Of a stretch of DNA of 64,000 nucleotides, positions 47,647 through 58,907 are shown one piece after another; position 1 is the stretch's first letter; each line of letters begins with the position of its first letter. Source of the DNA: Planctomycetota bacterium (GTDB lineage Bacteria > Planctomycetota > UBA1135 > UBA2386). The notes below the pieces were generated by a model that was given only the letters and a program-made list of their open reading frames with translations, had not been told where the DNA came from and made no database searches. The stretch spans positions 2,112,001 through 2,176,000 of the forward strand of contig JBKAGP010000001.1 of assembly GCA_046290465.1 (NCBI GenBank), given 5' to 3'. Made by a program: the position numbers and the translations under genes.

Positions 47647-48381
47647 CTAGCCGAAGCGAGGACGATGCCCCTCGATGCGCGCGACCTTGCGCGCCACCGC
47701 CGCGAACAGCGCGCGACGCTCGCCCACCGACAGCCCCCCCGCGTAGCCACGCAGGAACCGCGCCCGGATCGACACCGGCACCGGCACCGGAGACGACGCG
47801 AGCAGCGACGCCAGCTCCTTGACGACCCAGCGGCGCCACCGCCACCGCGGCCGGAACATGCGCTCGACGTCGATCACCGCCGGGCGGCCGCCCTCGCGCG
47901 GGTCCCGCGCGAACAGGTGCGCCAGATTGAGATCGCGGTGGATCCAGCGGCGGTCGTGCAAGCGGCGGGCCAACGGCGCGACTTCTCGCACGCAATACGC
48001 GAACCACCGATCCAGCCAGCCTTCGTCGGCTGCGGTCACCGCCCACGCATCGAGCGAACGCCCGGGCACCGCCCCGAACACGACCATGCTGCCGCGCCGC
48101 GAACGGACCCGCGCGACCGGTTCGGCCGCGACCTCGCCGGCCTGCCGCAGCCGGTGCAGCCACCGCCACTCGGCGTCGGCGCCGCCGGCCGCGCGGTAGC
48201 GCTTGGCGTACAGCCAGCTGCCGCCGTCCGCGGCCATCAGCGTACGGCGGGACGGCACGCACCGAACCGTGCGACCGAGGCTGCCGCGCCACAGCTCCCG
48301 GACCGCCGCGGCGTGCCGTTCGACAACTATCGTCAGATCGTCGCCATCTGCTGTCGCAGCTTGGTTGCCGTCGTGGTTCAC
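47647..48381 (-). CDS. Lipopolysaccharide kinase (WaaP/Kdo-kinase/InaA family); start uncertain
   Basis: YAKRY, AEW, HRDLNLAHLF, VIDVE. Confidence 0.75.
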   Translation of the reverse strand: MNHDGNQAATADGDDLTIVVERHAAAVRELWRGSLGRTVRCVPSRRTLMAADGGSWLYAKRYRAAGGADAEWRWLHRLRQAGEVAAEPVARVRSRRGSMVVFGAVPGRSLDAWAVTAADEGWLDRWFAYCVREVAPLARRLHDRRWIHRDLNLAHLFARDPREGGRPAVIDVERMFRPRWRWRRWVVKELASLLASSPVPVPVSIRARFLRGYAGGLSVGERRALFAAVARKVARIEGHRPRFG

Positions 48382-48432
48382 TACGTCTACGGTCCTCCAC
48401 GTCGCATTGCCAAGCAAGCGCCCTCTCACGGC

Positions 48433-49698
<1,266 letters not shown>

Positions 49699-49756
49699 CG
49701 CGGGCGGCGTCGCCGCAACCGCGGGCTGCCGGACCTGGCCGGTGCCGGTTGCCCAC

Positions 49757-49807
49757 CAGGCCTGTTTGCCCAGCAGGCCTACTTGCGCAGCAGGCCTACT
49801 TCCTCAG
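49757..49807 (-). repeat. 3 x 17-bp tandem repeat CAGGCCTnnTTnnnCAG
   Basis: Directly visible; one unit contains the DinB-family stop (cta 49796). Confidence 0.8.
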
Positions 49808-50344
49808 GGCCTCCACCACCTCGCGCGCCTGCTCGGTGTGCCTTCGTTCGTGGAAGCCGGCGAAGGCGACCCACTGGTAGAAGGTGAGTTCACCGAAGAC
49901 GAAGTGGCGTTCGCGGATCGCGGCGACGTCCTTGCCGTCCGCGGCGAGCACGACCTGCTGCAGGCGCTGGCGGGCGCGGTCGAGCTGCGACCTGGCCTCG
50001 GCGAACGGCATCGCAAGGTCCGGCGCGGCGAAGTCCGGAGCCTCGATGCGCTGGCTGCGGTCGAGCACGGTCGCGGCGTCGAAGCTCGCGACTGCCGACG
50101 CCGCGCCGGGCGGCAGCTCCGGCAGGTCGCCGTCCGACAGCGCCTGCCGCAGGCGCCGCTGCAAGAACGCGCCGATCTGCCCCTCGGTGCGCGCCAGGTG
50201 CGACAGCAGGTTGGCGAGCGACCAGCGTCCGGCGGCGGGTGCGCGGGCACGGTCGCTCTCGGGCACCGCGTCGACGACGGCGAGCAGGTCGGTGCGTCCG
50301 TCGTCCAGGTGCGCGAGCAGTTCGGTCGTCTGGGCGTGCATCAC
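49796..50344 (-). CDS. DinB family protein
   Basis: WSLANLLSHL, HFVFGELT..QW, HERRH. Confidence 0.85.
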   Translation of the reverse strand: MMHAQTTELLAHLDDGRTDLLAVVDAVPESDRARAPAAGRWSLANLLSHLARTEGQIGAFLQRRLRQALSDGDLPELPPGAASAVASFDAATVLDRSQRIEAPDFAAPDLAMPFAEARSQLDRARQRLQQVVLAADGKDVAAIRERHFVFGELTFYQWVAFAGFHERRHTEQAREVVEALRK

Positions 50345-50381
50345 CGACCAGGATAGGCCGCGCGAGCCGGCTCCAAAGACG

Positions 50382-50819
50382 TCAGTCGTGATCGGGCCGC
50401 GAACGTCGGGACTTCTTCAAGTCACCGCGACGTTTCTTCGCGTCGAGGCGACGGCGCTGGCTGCCGCGCGTCGGCCTGGTCGCGATGCGCCGCTTCTGCC
50501 GCACCAGGGCCTGCGCGATCCACGCGGCCATGCGCTCCTGCGCGGCCCGGTAGTTCATGAACTGGCTCTTGTGCTCGCTCGAGATCGCGACGAGCCGGCC
50601 GTCGGCGTCGAGGCGGTTCTGCAGCGCGGTGCGGATGCGCGCGACGTCGCGATCGCCGAGCACCTCGCGCGCCGCCTCGAGGTCGAGGCGGAGGTCGACC
50701 TTGGTCTCGGTCTTGTTGACGTGCTGGCCGCCCGCGCCGCCGCTGCGGGAGAACGACACGGCGAAGCACTCCTTCGGGACGACGCGGCCGTCCTTGAGCA
50801 CCAGGTCAGAGCGCGACAT
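50382..50819 (-). CDS. arfB: Alternative ribosome rescue factor ArfB
   Basis: SRSGGAGGQHVNKTETKV, SQFMN, basic tail RIATRPT. Confidence 0.93.
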   Translation of the reverse strand: MSRSDLVLKDGRVVPKECFAVSFSRSGGAGGQHVNKTETKVDLRLDLEAAREVLGDRDVARIRTALQNRLDADGRLVAISSEHKSQFMNYRAAQERMAAWIAQALVRQKRRIATRPTRGSQRRRLDAKKRRGDLKKSRRSRPDHD

Positions 50820-51744
50820 CGTCCACCCACTGCTGCTGGGGTCGTTGCCCCGCGTGCCAGCCGGCCGCGAGCCAGGCGGCGCCGACAGCCGCATCGTCGG
50901 GGCCGACGCGATGCGCGTCGACCTCGTGGCCGAACGCCGCCTGCATCACCCGCACGAGGCCATCGCGCAGCAGGTCCGAGTGCATCACGCCGCCGCCGAG
51001 CGCGACGTGCTGGCCTTCGCTCGGCGGCAGTTGGACGCGGCGCAGCGCCGCCTCGCCGAGTTCGACCAGCTGCCGCATGCCGACCATCAGCACGTCGGCC
51101 GCCAGCCAGTCGTCCTGCTCGAACGCGTCGAGCACGACCGGCAGGCGGGCGGCGACTTCACCTGGCGACAGCCGCTGCGCGACCGCGCCGAGCCGTTCGG
51201 GCGACGGTGCGTCGAAGGCGCGGGTCAAGGCGTCGGTCAGCGCCGTCGTGCGGCCGCGACCGTCGACCGCGCGCAGCACCGCGACGATCGCGCGGCGGAC
51301 AAGATCGTAGCCGCTGCCCTCGTCGCCAAAGGCGTAGCCGCGACCGCCGACGCGCGCGAGCCGGCCGTCCGGGCCGCGCGCGACCGCGAACGAACCGGTG
51401 CCGGACCACAGCAGCAGCCCGGGACCTTCGCGCAAGCCAGCCGCCGCGGCGGCAAGCACGTCGCCGACGACGGCGACCGGAATGCCGGTCCGGGCCCGCA
51501 GCGATGTCGCGATCGCAGCCGCGATCGCCGCATCGCCACCGCCGGCGACCGCGCAGACCACGGCCTCGGGGCGCCGGTGCGCCGCGACCGCCCGTTCGAT
51601 CGCAACCGCGAGCGCTGCCGAAGCCGCGTCGACGCCGTCGACGGCCGGCTGCGACGTCGGCGCGTCGCCACCCGGCGCCGAGCCGCGCGGCCACCACTCG
51701 AAGCGGCACTTGCTGCCGCCGACGTCCAGGCCGAGGAAGCTCAT
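50806..51744 (-). CDS. BadF/BadG-type N-acetylglucosamine kinase-like protein
   Basis: GLDVGGSK, SGTGS, GGRGYAFGDEGSG. Confidence 0.85.
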   Translation of the reverse strand: MSFLGLDVGGSKCRFEWWPRGSAPGGDAPTSQPAVDGVDAASAALAVAIERAVAAHRRPEAVVCAVAGGGDAAIAAAIATSLRARTGIPVAVVGDVLAAAAAGLREGPGLLLWSGTGSFAVARGPDGRLARVGGRGYAFGDEGSGYDLVRRAIVAVLRAVDGRGRTTALTDALTRAFDAPSPERLGAVAQRLSPGEVAARLPVVLDAFEQDDWLAADVLMVGMRQLVELGEAALRRVQLPPSEGQHVALGGGVMHSDLLRDGLVRVMQAAFGHEVDAHRVGPDDAAVGAAWLAAGWHAGQRPQQQWVDDVAL

Positions 51745-51809
51745 GTCACCGCCCGCCGTGATCGCCTACCCTCGGGGCGACGACCGTTTCGCCGAAGAAG
51801 GAGGAAGGC

Positions 51810-52913
51810 ATGCTGTTGGTCACGAATCGCAGCGTCCCAGAGGACGCGAACGAGCACAAGGGCGGGCCCGGCCTGCTCGGCAAGCACCCGAACCACAACG
51901 GCCCGAACGAGCTGCGGCTCGTCGAGGCCACCAAACGCGCCGGCAGGTGGACGCTCGAGGTCCTGCCCGACGAGGTCACGCCGGCGATGAAGCGCGCGGT
52001 CGGCCGCCGCGCCGACGCGCCGCTCAGCGTGGTCGACTGGGCCGCCGAGAAGATCCTGAAGGCGATCCAGCCGCGGCCGCGGCCGAGCGGCGGCAAGACC
52101 AAGGGCAAGAACGTGCTGCTCTACGTGCACGGCTACAACAACGACGTCGAGGACGTGCTTGAGCGTTCGCTGGTGATGTCGCGCAAGTTCGGCGTCGAGG
52201 TGATGCCGTTCACGTGGCCGGCCAACGGCGGCGGCATCGTCGGCGGCACGCTGAGCTACAAGAGCGACAAGCGCGACGCCAAGGTTTCGATCGGCGCGTT
52301 CGACCGCACGTTGGCGTTCGTCGGCGACCAGCTGCGGCGCGTCAACGAGCTGCGCATCGAGCAGATCCGGCGCAAGGCTGCCGAACGGCACCCCGACAAC
52401 CTCGAGTCGCAGCGGCGGCTGGTGTCGGAGCTGCTCGACAAGCAGTGCCCGTTCTCGATCAACCTGCTGCTGCACAGCATGGGCAACTACCTCTACAAGC
52501 ACCTGCTGCTGTCGTCGGCGTCGGAGGGCACCGGGCTGGTGTTCGACAACGTGGTGCTGTGTGCCGCCGACGCCAACAACAAGGACCACGCGCGCTGGGT
52601 CGACCGGATCCGCTGCCGCCACCGCGTCTATGTGACGATCAACGAGGACGACATCGCCCTGCGCGCCTCGCGGCTCAAGTCGGGCAGCGACCAGCTGGCA
52701 CGGCTCGGGCACTACCCGTTCAACCTGACTTCGGAGCACGCCGCCTACGTGCAGTTCACCAGCGCCCGCCACGTCGGCCGCAGCCACGCCTACTTCGCCG
52801 ACGACGCACTGAAGAACGCCAGCATCCGCACGTTCTTCCGCAAGGTCCTCAACGGCGAACGCGCCGACCAGCAACTCGACTACGACCCCGGCTCCAACAC
52901 CTACCGCTTCTGA
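51810..52913 (+). CDS. Alpha/beta hydrolase (DUF900-like)
   Basis: YVHGYNN, FTWP, LHSMGN, AAD. Confidence 0.85.
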   Translation: MLLVTNRSVPEDANEHKGGPGLLGKHPNHNGPNELRLVEATKRAGRWTLEVLPDEVTPAMKRAVGRRADAPLSVVDWAAEKILKAIQPRPRPSGGKTKGKNVLLYVHGYNNDVEDVLERSLVMSRKFGVEVMPFTWPANGGGIVGGTLSYKSDKRDAKVSIGAFDRTLAFVGDQLRRVNELRIEQIRRKAAERHPDNLESQRRLVSELLDKQCPFSINLLLHSMGNYLYKHLLLSSASEGTGLVFDNVVLCAADANNKDHARWVDRIRCRHRVYVTINEDDIALRASRLKSGSDQLARLGHYPFNLTSEHAAYVQFTSARHVGRSHAYFADDALKNASIRTFFRKVLNGERADQQLDYDPGSNTYRF

Positions 52914-52924
52914 CCATTACCGCA

Positions 52925-52981
52925 CCGCACGACCGAACCGCGGTCAGCCTGCGCGCAGGATGAACCCGGTTCGGTATGCGG
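52925..52981. repeat. REP-like palindrome, copy 2 (left arm degenerate)
   Basis: GCGCAGGATGAACCCGGTTCGGTATGCGG identical to the right arm of copy 1. Confidence 0.85.
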
Positions 52982-52988
52982 TGTCTGG

Positions 52989-54119
52989 TCAGGATAGCCA
53001 GTGCTGTACCGCTTCGAAGACCGTGCGGGGCTCGATGGCGGCCTGGCAGTGCGGCACCTTGTCGCATCTGGGCAGGTAGCAGCACAGGCAGTCGAAGCCC
53101 GGCGGGGTGATCTTGGTGCCGCGGCCGTAGAGCTCGATCTCGGCCGACGACGTCGGACCGAACAGGACCACCGCCGGCTTCTTGCGCGCAGCGGTGCAGT
53201 GCACGGCGAGCGAGTCGCTGGTGACGACAACGTCGCAGCGATCGATCAGCGCCGCGAAGCGACCGTAGGAGTTGCGGTTGCCGCCGTCGAACACCTGCAT
53301 GCCCGCAGCGAACCCGAGCAGTTCGCGGTGGCGCTGCACCTCCTCGGGCCCGCCCAGCAACAGCACCGCGATCCCGTGGTCGTGGCAGAGCTGCAAGAAC
53401 GTGCGCTGGTGCTCGTGGGTCCACTGCTTGTAGAGCCAGCGGCCACCGGCACCGGTGTTGAGGCCGACCAGCCGCGTGCCGGCGTCGAGGCCGAGGCCGT
53501 CGACGAACGCATCGGCGTCGGCCCGTTCCTCCGCCGACGGCTCGAGGATCGGCTCGCGCACGGCGTCCGGCGCGAATCCGAGCACCTGCGCGACCAGGCT
53601 CTGGTAGGTCTCGGTGTTGGCCTTCTTGTTGTCGTCGCTGAGGCCCATCTGCAGCCACCGCTGCGCGCCCTCGCCAAGCGCCACGATCCGCCCCTGTTCG
53701 TCGCGAACGTAGCCGCGCCGCTCCGTGCCGCGCGCCATCGCCGCCAGCACGGCGGCGTCCGGATCGGCGTCGGGACACAGCACCACGTCGAACTGCTCGG
53801 TCTGCAGGCGCGCCGCGGTGACCGCGTCGTCGGTGACCAGCACGTCGTGCACCAGCGGGTTGTGGTCGAACAGCCCCTTCGCCGACGGCCGCGTCAGCCA
53901 GGTGACGCGCGCGCCCGGCCAGGTCGCGTGGATCGCCGCCAGGAACGAGGTCGTGCGCAGCACGTCGCCGGTGGCCGCCAGCTTGACCATCAGGATGCGA
54001 TGCTGCACCGGCTCGTACTCGTCGCAGCTCTGGCACACCTTGCCACGGACCTTGTGGGGCCGGCACGGGCGATCCCAGTGCACGTGGCGGCAGTCGGTCT
54101 TCAGCTCGAATTCGGTCAC
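52989..54119 (-). CDS. GT9 heptosyltransferase-like glycosyltransferase
   Basis: KLAATGDVL, LLGGPEE, VTSDSLAVH, LFGPT. Confidence 0.88.
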   Translation of the reverse strand: MTEFELKTDCRHVHWDRPCRPHKVRGKVCQSCDEYEPVQHRILMVKLAATGDVLRTTSFLAAIHATWPGARVTWLTRPSAKGLFDHNPLVHDVLVTDDAVTAARLQTEQFDVVLCPDADPDAAVLAAMARGTERRGYVRDEQGRIVALGEGAQRWLQMGLSDDNKKANTETYQSLVAQVLGFAPDAVREPILEPSAEERADADAFVDGLGLDAGTRLVGLNTGAGGRWLYKQWTHEHQRTFLQLCHDHGIAVLLLGGPEEVQRHRELLGFAAGMQVFDGGNRNSYGRFAALIDRCDVVVTSDSLAVHCTAARKKPAVVLFGPTSSAEIELYGRGTKITPPGFDCLCCYLPRCDKVPHCQAAIEPRTVFEAVQHWLS

Positions 54120-54202
54120 TTCAGGGCACTATCGGCACGCAGGGCACCCCCGCGACAGCCGGAACGCTACCGATCCCAGGCCCGCGAGACTACCTTTCGC
54201 TG

Positions 54203-54769
54203 ATGACCACGCTCGCCATGCTGTGGCTGCCGATCCTGCTGTCGGCGGTGTTCGTGTTCGTCGCCTCCTCGATCGTGCACATGGTCCTGCCGATCCATGC
54301 CGGCGACTACAAGAAGATGCCGGACGAGGACCGGGTCCGTCAGGCGCTGCGCGACGCGAAGGTCCCGCCGGGCCAGTACATGTATCCCGGCTGCGACTCG
54401 ATGAAGGAATACGGCTCCGAGGAGCTGCAGAAGAAGTTCGCCGAGGGCCCCGTCGGCGTGATGGTCGTGCGCCCGGACGGCATGCCCAACATGGGCAAGT
54501 CGCTGCTGCAATGGTTCGCCCTGTGCCTGCTGATCAGCGCGCTGGTCGCCCACCTGACCGGCTTCTCGCTGGCACCCGGCGCCGACGGCGGCAAGGTGTT
54601 CCACCTGTCGGCGCTGCTGGCGCTGCTCGGCTACGCGTTCAGCAGCGTCCACGACTCGATCTGGAAGGGCGTCAGCTGGACCGTGACGTGCAAGTTCGTG
54701 TTCGACGGCGTGCTCTACGCAGCGGTGACGGGCGCGACCTTCCTGTGGCTGTGGCCGGCGGCGGCGTGA
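54203..54769 (+). CDS. Conserved-looking membrane protein
   Basis: Four hydrophobic segments; typical codon usage. Confidence 0.75.
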   Translation: MTTLAMLWLPILLSAVFVFVASSIVHMVLPIHAGDYKKMPDEDRVRQALRDAKVPPGQYMYPGCDSMKEYGSEELQKKFAEGPVGVMVVRPDGMPNMGKSLLQWFALCLLISALVAHLTGFSLAPGADGGKVFHLSALLALLGYAFSSVHDSIWKGVSWTVTCKFVFDGVLYAAVTGATFLWLWPAAA

Positions 54770-54951
54770 TCCGCACGCGCGCCCGCTCGCGAACGCGCCG
54801 ATCGTGACCACCGGCGCGTTGCTCGACGGCAGCGCGACGATGCGCCGTCGGGTGCCCCAGTTTGCACGGTTGGGTCCGTCAGGTTCGCTCCGGGGGCAGA
54901 GGCCGTGGATCGCGCCGGATCGGTGTGGTCCGCAGGAGCGGAGCGGAAGGA

Positions 54952-55539
54952 TCAGGTTCCGTGCGGACCGCGCCAACACAGCTGCGACGGACACTCGGGG
55001 CACCACGCGTACTCCGCGCCATCGACGACGTCGAACACCTCGCGGCACGCCGGGCACTGCCAGGTGACCTCGTCGAGCAAGTCGGCGGCGACGGCGGTCG
55101 GCGACGGCACCTCGGCGCCGAAGCGAGCGCGCGCACCGGTCCACTCCGGGCGCTCGGCGACGAACAACCGGCAACAGGCGATGCAGTCACGGTCGATCTC
55201 GACCGTGATCCGCCGCTCCTCCGACGTCGACTTGAACGGTTCGACCCGGATCTCGCCGCTCCAGCTCGTGTCGTCGAACGCGTAGGCGTCCTGGTCGTCG
55301 CGACGCAGTTCGACCGACAGCACGCCGACGCAGAGCAGCTCGCACGCGACCAGGTCCCACTGGCTCTGCACCAACACGCGCAGGTCGCGCCCCGGCGTGC
55401 TGAGCATCGACCGATCGCCGTCGATGCGCGAACGCGTGACGTAGTGCAGCTCCTTGACGAGCGCGTCGTGGAAGCCGGCCATGCGCCTGGTGAACGCGTC
55501 GGCCTGCTGCTGGTCGACGATCTCGCCGTAGCCGTTCAT
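54952..55539 (-). CDS. Hypothetical protein with C-terminal zinc ribbon
   Basis: GFHDA motif; CPAC...CPEC; ATGA overlap with the GT4 gene. Confidence 0.7.
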   Translation of the reverse strand: MNGYGEIVDQQQADAFTRRMAGFHDALVKELHYVTRSRIDGDRSMLSTPGRDLRVLVQSQWDLVACELLCVGVLSVELRRDDQDAYAFDDTSWSGEIRVEPFKSTSEERRITVEIDRDCIACCRLFVAERPEWTGARARFGAEVPSPTAVAADLLDEVTWQCPACREVFDVVDGAEYAWCPECPSQLCWRGPHGT

Positions 55540-56630
55540 GGCGCGAGCAGCTTGTCGACGACCGCCTGCACCTCGGGACCGAGATGCGCGTCGGTGAACA
55601 TCTGCATGCTGCGCGCGAAGCCCGCCTTGCCGTGCGCGACCGCCATCGCCGGATCCTCGAGGTAGCGACGCAGCGCCGCGGCCAGCGCGTTGGCGTCGCC
55701 CTTCGGCACGACGAACCCGGTCTCGCCGTCGACCACGATCTCGCCGTTGCCGCCGGCCGTGCTGACGACCTGCGGCAGCTCGGCGAAGCTCGCTTCGAGG
55801 CACGCGTTGCACAGCCCCTCGTGGAACGACGGCATCGTGAACACGTCCGAAGCCGCGTAGACGTCGTGCACGGGACTGATGCGCCCTGGCAGCCGCACGC
55901 GATCCTCGAGCGCGAGGCGCTGCACCTGCTGCCGCAGCTGGTCCATCTCGCTGCCGTCGCCGGCCAGCAACAGCAGGGCATGCGGGAACTCGGCGGCAAG
56001 TTGCGCGAAGGCATCGATCAGCACGTGCTGGCCCTTGCGCGGGCGCAGCACGCCGGCGAGCGAGATCACGAACGCGTCGGGCGCGATGCCGAGCCGTTCG
56101 CGCGCCGCGTCGCGCCCCGTCCGCAGCCCCGTCCACGGCGTCGGATCGAGGCCGTCGTAGACCAGCGTGATGCGGTCGTCGGGCACATCGGCCGCCAGCA
56201 GCCGCTGCCGGATCGCGTCGCAGATCGCGATCGTGTGGTCGACCAGCCGCGTGTAGCGGAAGCCCCCCATCAGCCCCTTGCGGATCGGGTAGTCGATCCG
56301 GCGGATGGTGAACTTCTTGCTGCGGTGGCCGCGCGCGGCGAGGCCGGCCAGGTAGTGCGAACGCCCGTCGGCGAACTGGATCACGTCCGGGTCGAACTCG
56401 CGGTAGGCGCGGCGGATCTTCGGCCGCAGGTCCGGCCGCCACCAGCGTCGCATCGGCGCCTCCCACACCGGCAGCCCGAGTTCTTCGGCGGCGGTGCGGA
56501 ACTTCGCGCCCGGCGTCAGCAGGACGCCCTGCTGGTAGCCGTTCTGCGCGAAGTGTTCGATCAGCATGCGCAGCTGCACCTCACCACCGGAATAACCCTT
56601 CTCGGCGAGGCAGTGCAGCAGGCGAGGCAT
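55536..56630 (-). CDS. GT4 glycosyltransferase
   Basis: GGE, RKG, PSFHEGLCNACLEA, GETG. Confidence 0.9.
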   Translation of the reverse strand: MPRLLHCLAEKGYSGGEVQLRMLIEHFAQNGYQQGVLLTPGAKFRTAAEELGLPVWEAPMRRWWRPDLRPKIRRAYREFDPDVIQFADGRSHYLAGLAARGHRSKKFTIRRIDYPIRKGLMGGFRYTRLVDHTIAICDAIRQRLLAADVPDDRITLVYDGLDPTPWTGLRTGRDAARERLGIAPDAFVISLAGVLRPRKGQHVLIDAFAQLAAEFPHALLLLAGDGSEMDQLRQQVQRLALEDRVRLPGRISPVHDVYAASDVFTMPSFHEGLCNACLEASFAELPQVVSTAGGNGEIVVDGETGFVVPKGDANALAAALRRYLEDPAMAVAHGKAGFARSMQMFTDAHLGPEVQAVVDKLLAP

Positions 56631-56810
56631 CGCGGAGTTCTAACGTTCGGGCAGGCCGATGTCATCCCGGCGGCGTGGCGCGCCATCCCACCGCTGGCGC
56701 CGGGCTCGCGAAGCGAACTTGCCCGGCCTGTCGAGGATCGTGTTGCGGACGCCGAGCTTGTCGAGGCTGCGGGCGCCGCCGCCGAGCGGCGCGACAGGAT
56801 CGCACGGCGC

Positions 56811-57980
56811 CTACATGATCGCGTCGAGGCCCGTCAGCTGACGGCCGATGATCAGCGTGTGGATGTCGTGCGTGCCTTCGTAGGTGATCACCGACTCCAG
56901 GTTGCACATGTGGCGCATCATCTGGTACTCGTCGGTGATGCCGTTGGCGCCGAGCACGTCGCGGCCGAGGCGGCAGCACTCGAGCGCCATCCAGCACGAG
57001 TTGCGCTTGGCCATCGACACGTGGTAGTGCTGCATGGTGCCTGCCTCCTTCATCTTGCCGAGCTTCCAGCACATCAGCTGCGCCTTGGTGATCTCGTTCG
57101 CCATCCAGACCAGCTTGTTCTGCACCAGCTGGTAGCGGCCGATCGGCTTGTCGAACATGATCCGCATCTGGCTGTAGCGGGTCGCCTCGTCGTAGGCCGC
57201 CTGCGCCGCGCCGACCGCGCCGAACGCGATGCCGTAGCGCGCCTGCGTCAGGCAGCTGAGCGGGCCCTTGAGGCCTTCGACGCCGGGCAGCAGGTTGGAC
57301 TTCGGGATGCGCACGTCCTCGAGCACCAGCTCCGACGTGTCGGAGGCGCGCAGCGAAAACTTGTTCTTGATGCCCTTGCCGGTGAAGCCGGGCGTGTCGG
57401 TGTCGACCAGGAAGCCGCGCACGACGCCGTCGAGCTTGGCCCAGACGATCGCGACGTGCGCCTGGCTGCCGTTGGTGATCCAGTACTTGCTGCCGTTGAG
57501 CACGTAGTGGTCGCCGTCCTCGACCGCCTTGGTCAGCATGCCGCCCGGGTTGCTGCCGAAGTCGGCCTCGGTCAGACCGAAGCAGCCGATCAGCTCACCG
57601 GTCGCCATCTTCGGCAGGTACTTCTGCTTCTGCTCCTCGGTGCCGAACGCGTGGATCGGATACATGCAGAGCGAGCCCTGCACGGACACGAACGAACGCA
57701 GGCCCGAGTCGCCGCGCTCCAGCTCCTGGCAGATCAGGCCGCTGGCGACCGGCGACAGGCCGGCGCAGCCGTAGCCTTCGAGGCTGGCGCCGTAGACGCC
57801 GAGCTCGCCGAGCTCCGGGATCAGCTCGGTCGGGAACGTGCCGGCGCGGTTGTGCTCCTCGATCACCGGCATGAACCGGTCGGAGACCCATGACCGGACC
57901 GTGTCGCGGATCATGCGTTCCTCTTCGGAGTAGAGTTCGTCTACGTTGTAGAAGTCGAGGGCCTTGTACGGATCACTCAT
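56811..57980 (-). CDS. Acyl-CoA dehydrogenase (glutaryl-CoA dehydrogenase-like)
   Basis: ELERGDSG, GCFGLTE..GSNP, GSKYWITN, TYEGTHDIH. Confidence 0.92.
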   Translation of the reverse strand: MSDPYKALDFYNVDELYSEEERMIRDTVRSWVSDRFMPVIEEHNRAGTFPTELIPELGELGVYGASLEGYGCAGLSPVASGLICQELERGDSGLRSFVSVQGSLCMYPIHAFGTEEQKQKYLPKMATGELIGCFGLTEADFGSNPGGMLTKAVEDGDHYVLNGSKYWITNGSQAHVAIVWAKLDGVVRGFLVDTDTPGFTGKGIKNKFSLRASDTSELVLEDVRIPKSNLLPGVEGLKGPLSCLTQARYGIAFGAVGAAQAAYDEATRYSQMRIMFDKPIGRYQLVQNKLVWMANEITKAQLMCWKLGKMKEAGTMQHYHVSMAKRNSCWMALECCRLGRDVLGANGITDEYQMMRHMCNLESVITYEGTHDIHTLIIGRQLTGLDAIM

Positions 57981-58034
57981 GTCGGGTGCGTTCGGAGGGG
58001 CGAGCAGAATAGAGGCAGCGAGCCGCCGAAGAAA

Positions 58035-58907
58035 GTGAGCACGACCGACTCCGACGGAATGTGTCCGGTGTGCGGCTACGCCCGCCCGACCGCACCGTGC
58101 GCCGTCTGCGCCGGCGAGGGCGTCATGCTCGGCAAGCGCAACGAACTGGTCGTCGGCGCGCGCAACCCGGTGCTCGACGGCCTGCGCGGCATCGACGACG
58201 TGCGGCGCGCCGTGTTCGCGCTGCTGTTCGAACGCGAGTTCGTCGGCGTGCTGCGCGGACCGATCGCGGCCAACGTGTTGGCCACCGCCGTGCTGGTGGT
58301 GGTCGGCTGGATGTGGCTGCTGCCGGCGTTCGAACAGCACTTCCGGAGCCAGGGCGAGACCGGCGCGCACCTGTGGCTGTTCGCCATCTGGCTGGGCGCC
58401 GGGCCGTCGCTGCTCGACCTCATGGCGGGCTGGGCGCAGGACCCGATCCGCCGCGCGACCGAACAGCACATGCTCGGCGCCACGCCGACCCACCCCGCCC
58501 GCGTGCGGCCGAGCCTGGTCGACACCGTGCAGATGCTGATGCTCGCGGTCGTCGCGGTGCTGCTGATGCTCGGCCTGGTGCTGATCCCCTGGGTCGGCCT
58601 GCCGCTGTGCTTCCTGCTCGGCGCGGTCGTCGCCGCGATCGTGTTCGCGCAGACGCCGCTGGCGGTGCGCGGAAGGACGTTGAAGCAGCGCATGCAGGCG
58701 CTGCGTCGACAACCGTGGCGCGTGCTCGGCGTGGGCTTCGGCATCCAGCTGGCGGCGGCGGTGCCGTTCCTCAACGTGATCGCGCTGCTGCCGGTCGCGA
58801 CGATCGCCGCGACCAGCACCTACCTGCACACGCAGAAGGGCACGACGCGGGCGGGCGGAGCCGCGCCGACGGCTGCGGGCGAGCCCGACGTCAGGGCTGG
58901 ATCGTGA
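58035..58907 (+). CDS. EI24/CysZ-like membrane protein with N-terminal CxxC pair
   Basis: LIPWVG, VPFLN motifs; TM segments. Confidence 0.6.
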   Translation: MSTTDSDGMCPVCGYARPTAPCAVCAGEGVMLGKRNELVVGARNPVLDGLRGIDDVRRAVFALLFEREFVGVLRGPIAANVLATAVLVVVGWMWLLPAFEQHFRSQGETGAHLWLFAIWLGAGPSLLDLMAGWAQDPIRRATEQHMLGATPTHPARVRPSLVDTVQMLMLAVVAVLLMLGLVLIPWVGLPLCFLLGAVVAAIVFAQTPLAVRGRTLKQRMQALRRQPWRVLGVGFGIQLAAAVPFLNVIALLPVATIAATSTYLHTQKGTTRAGGAAPTAAGEPDVRAGS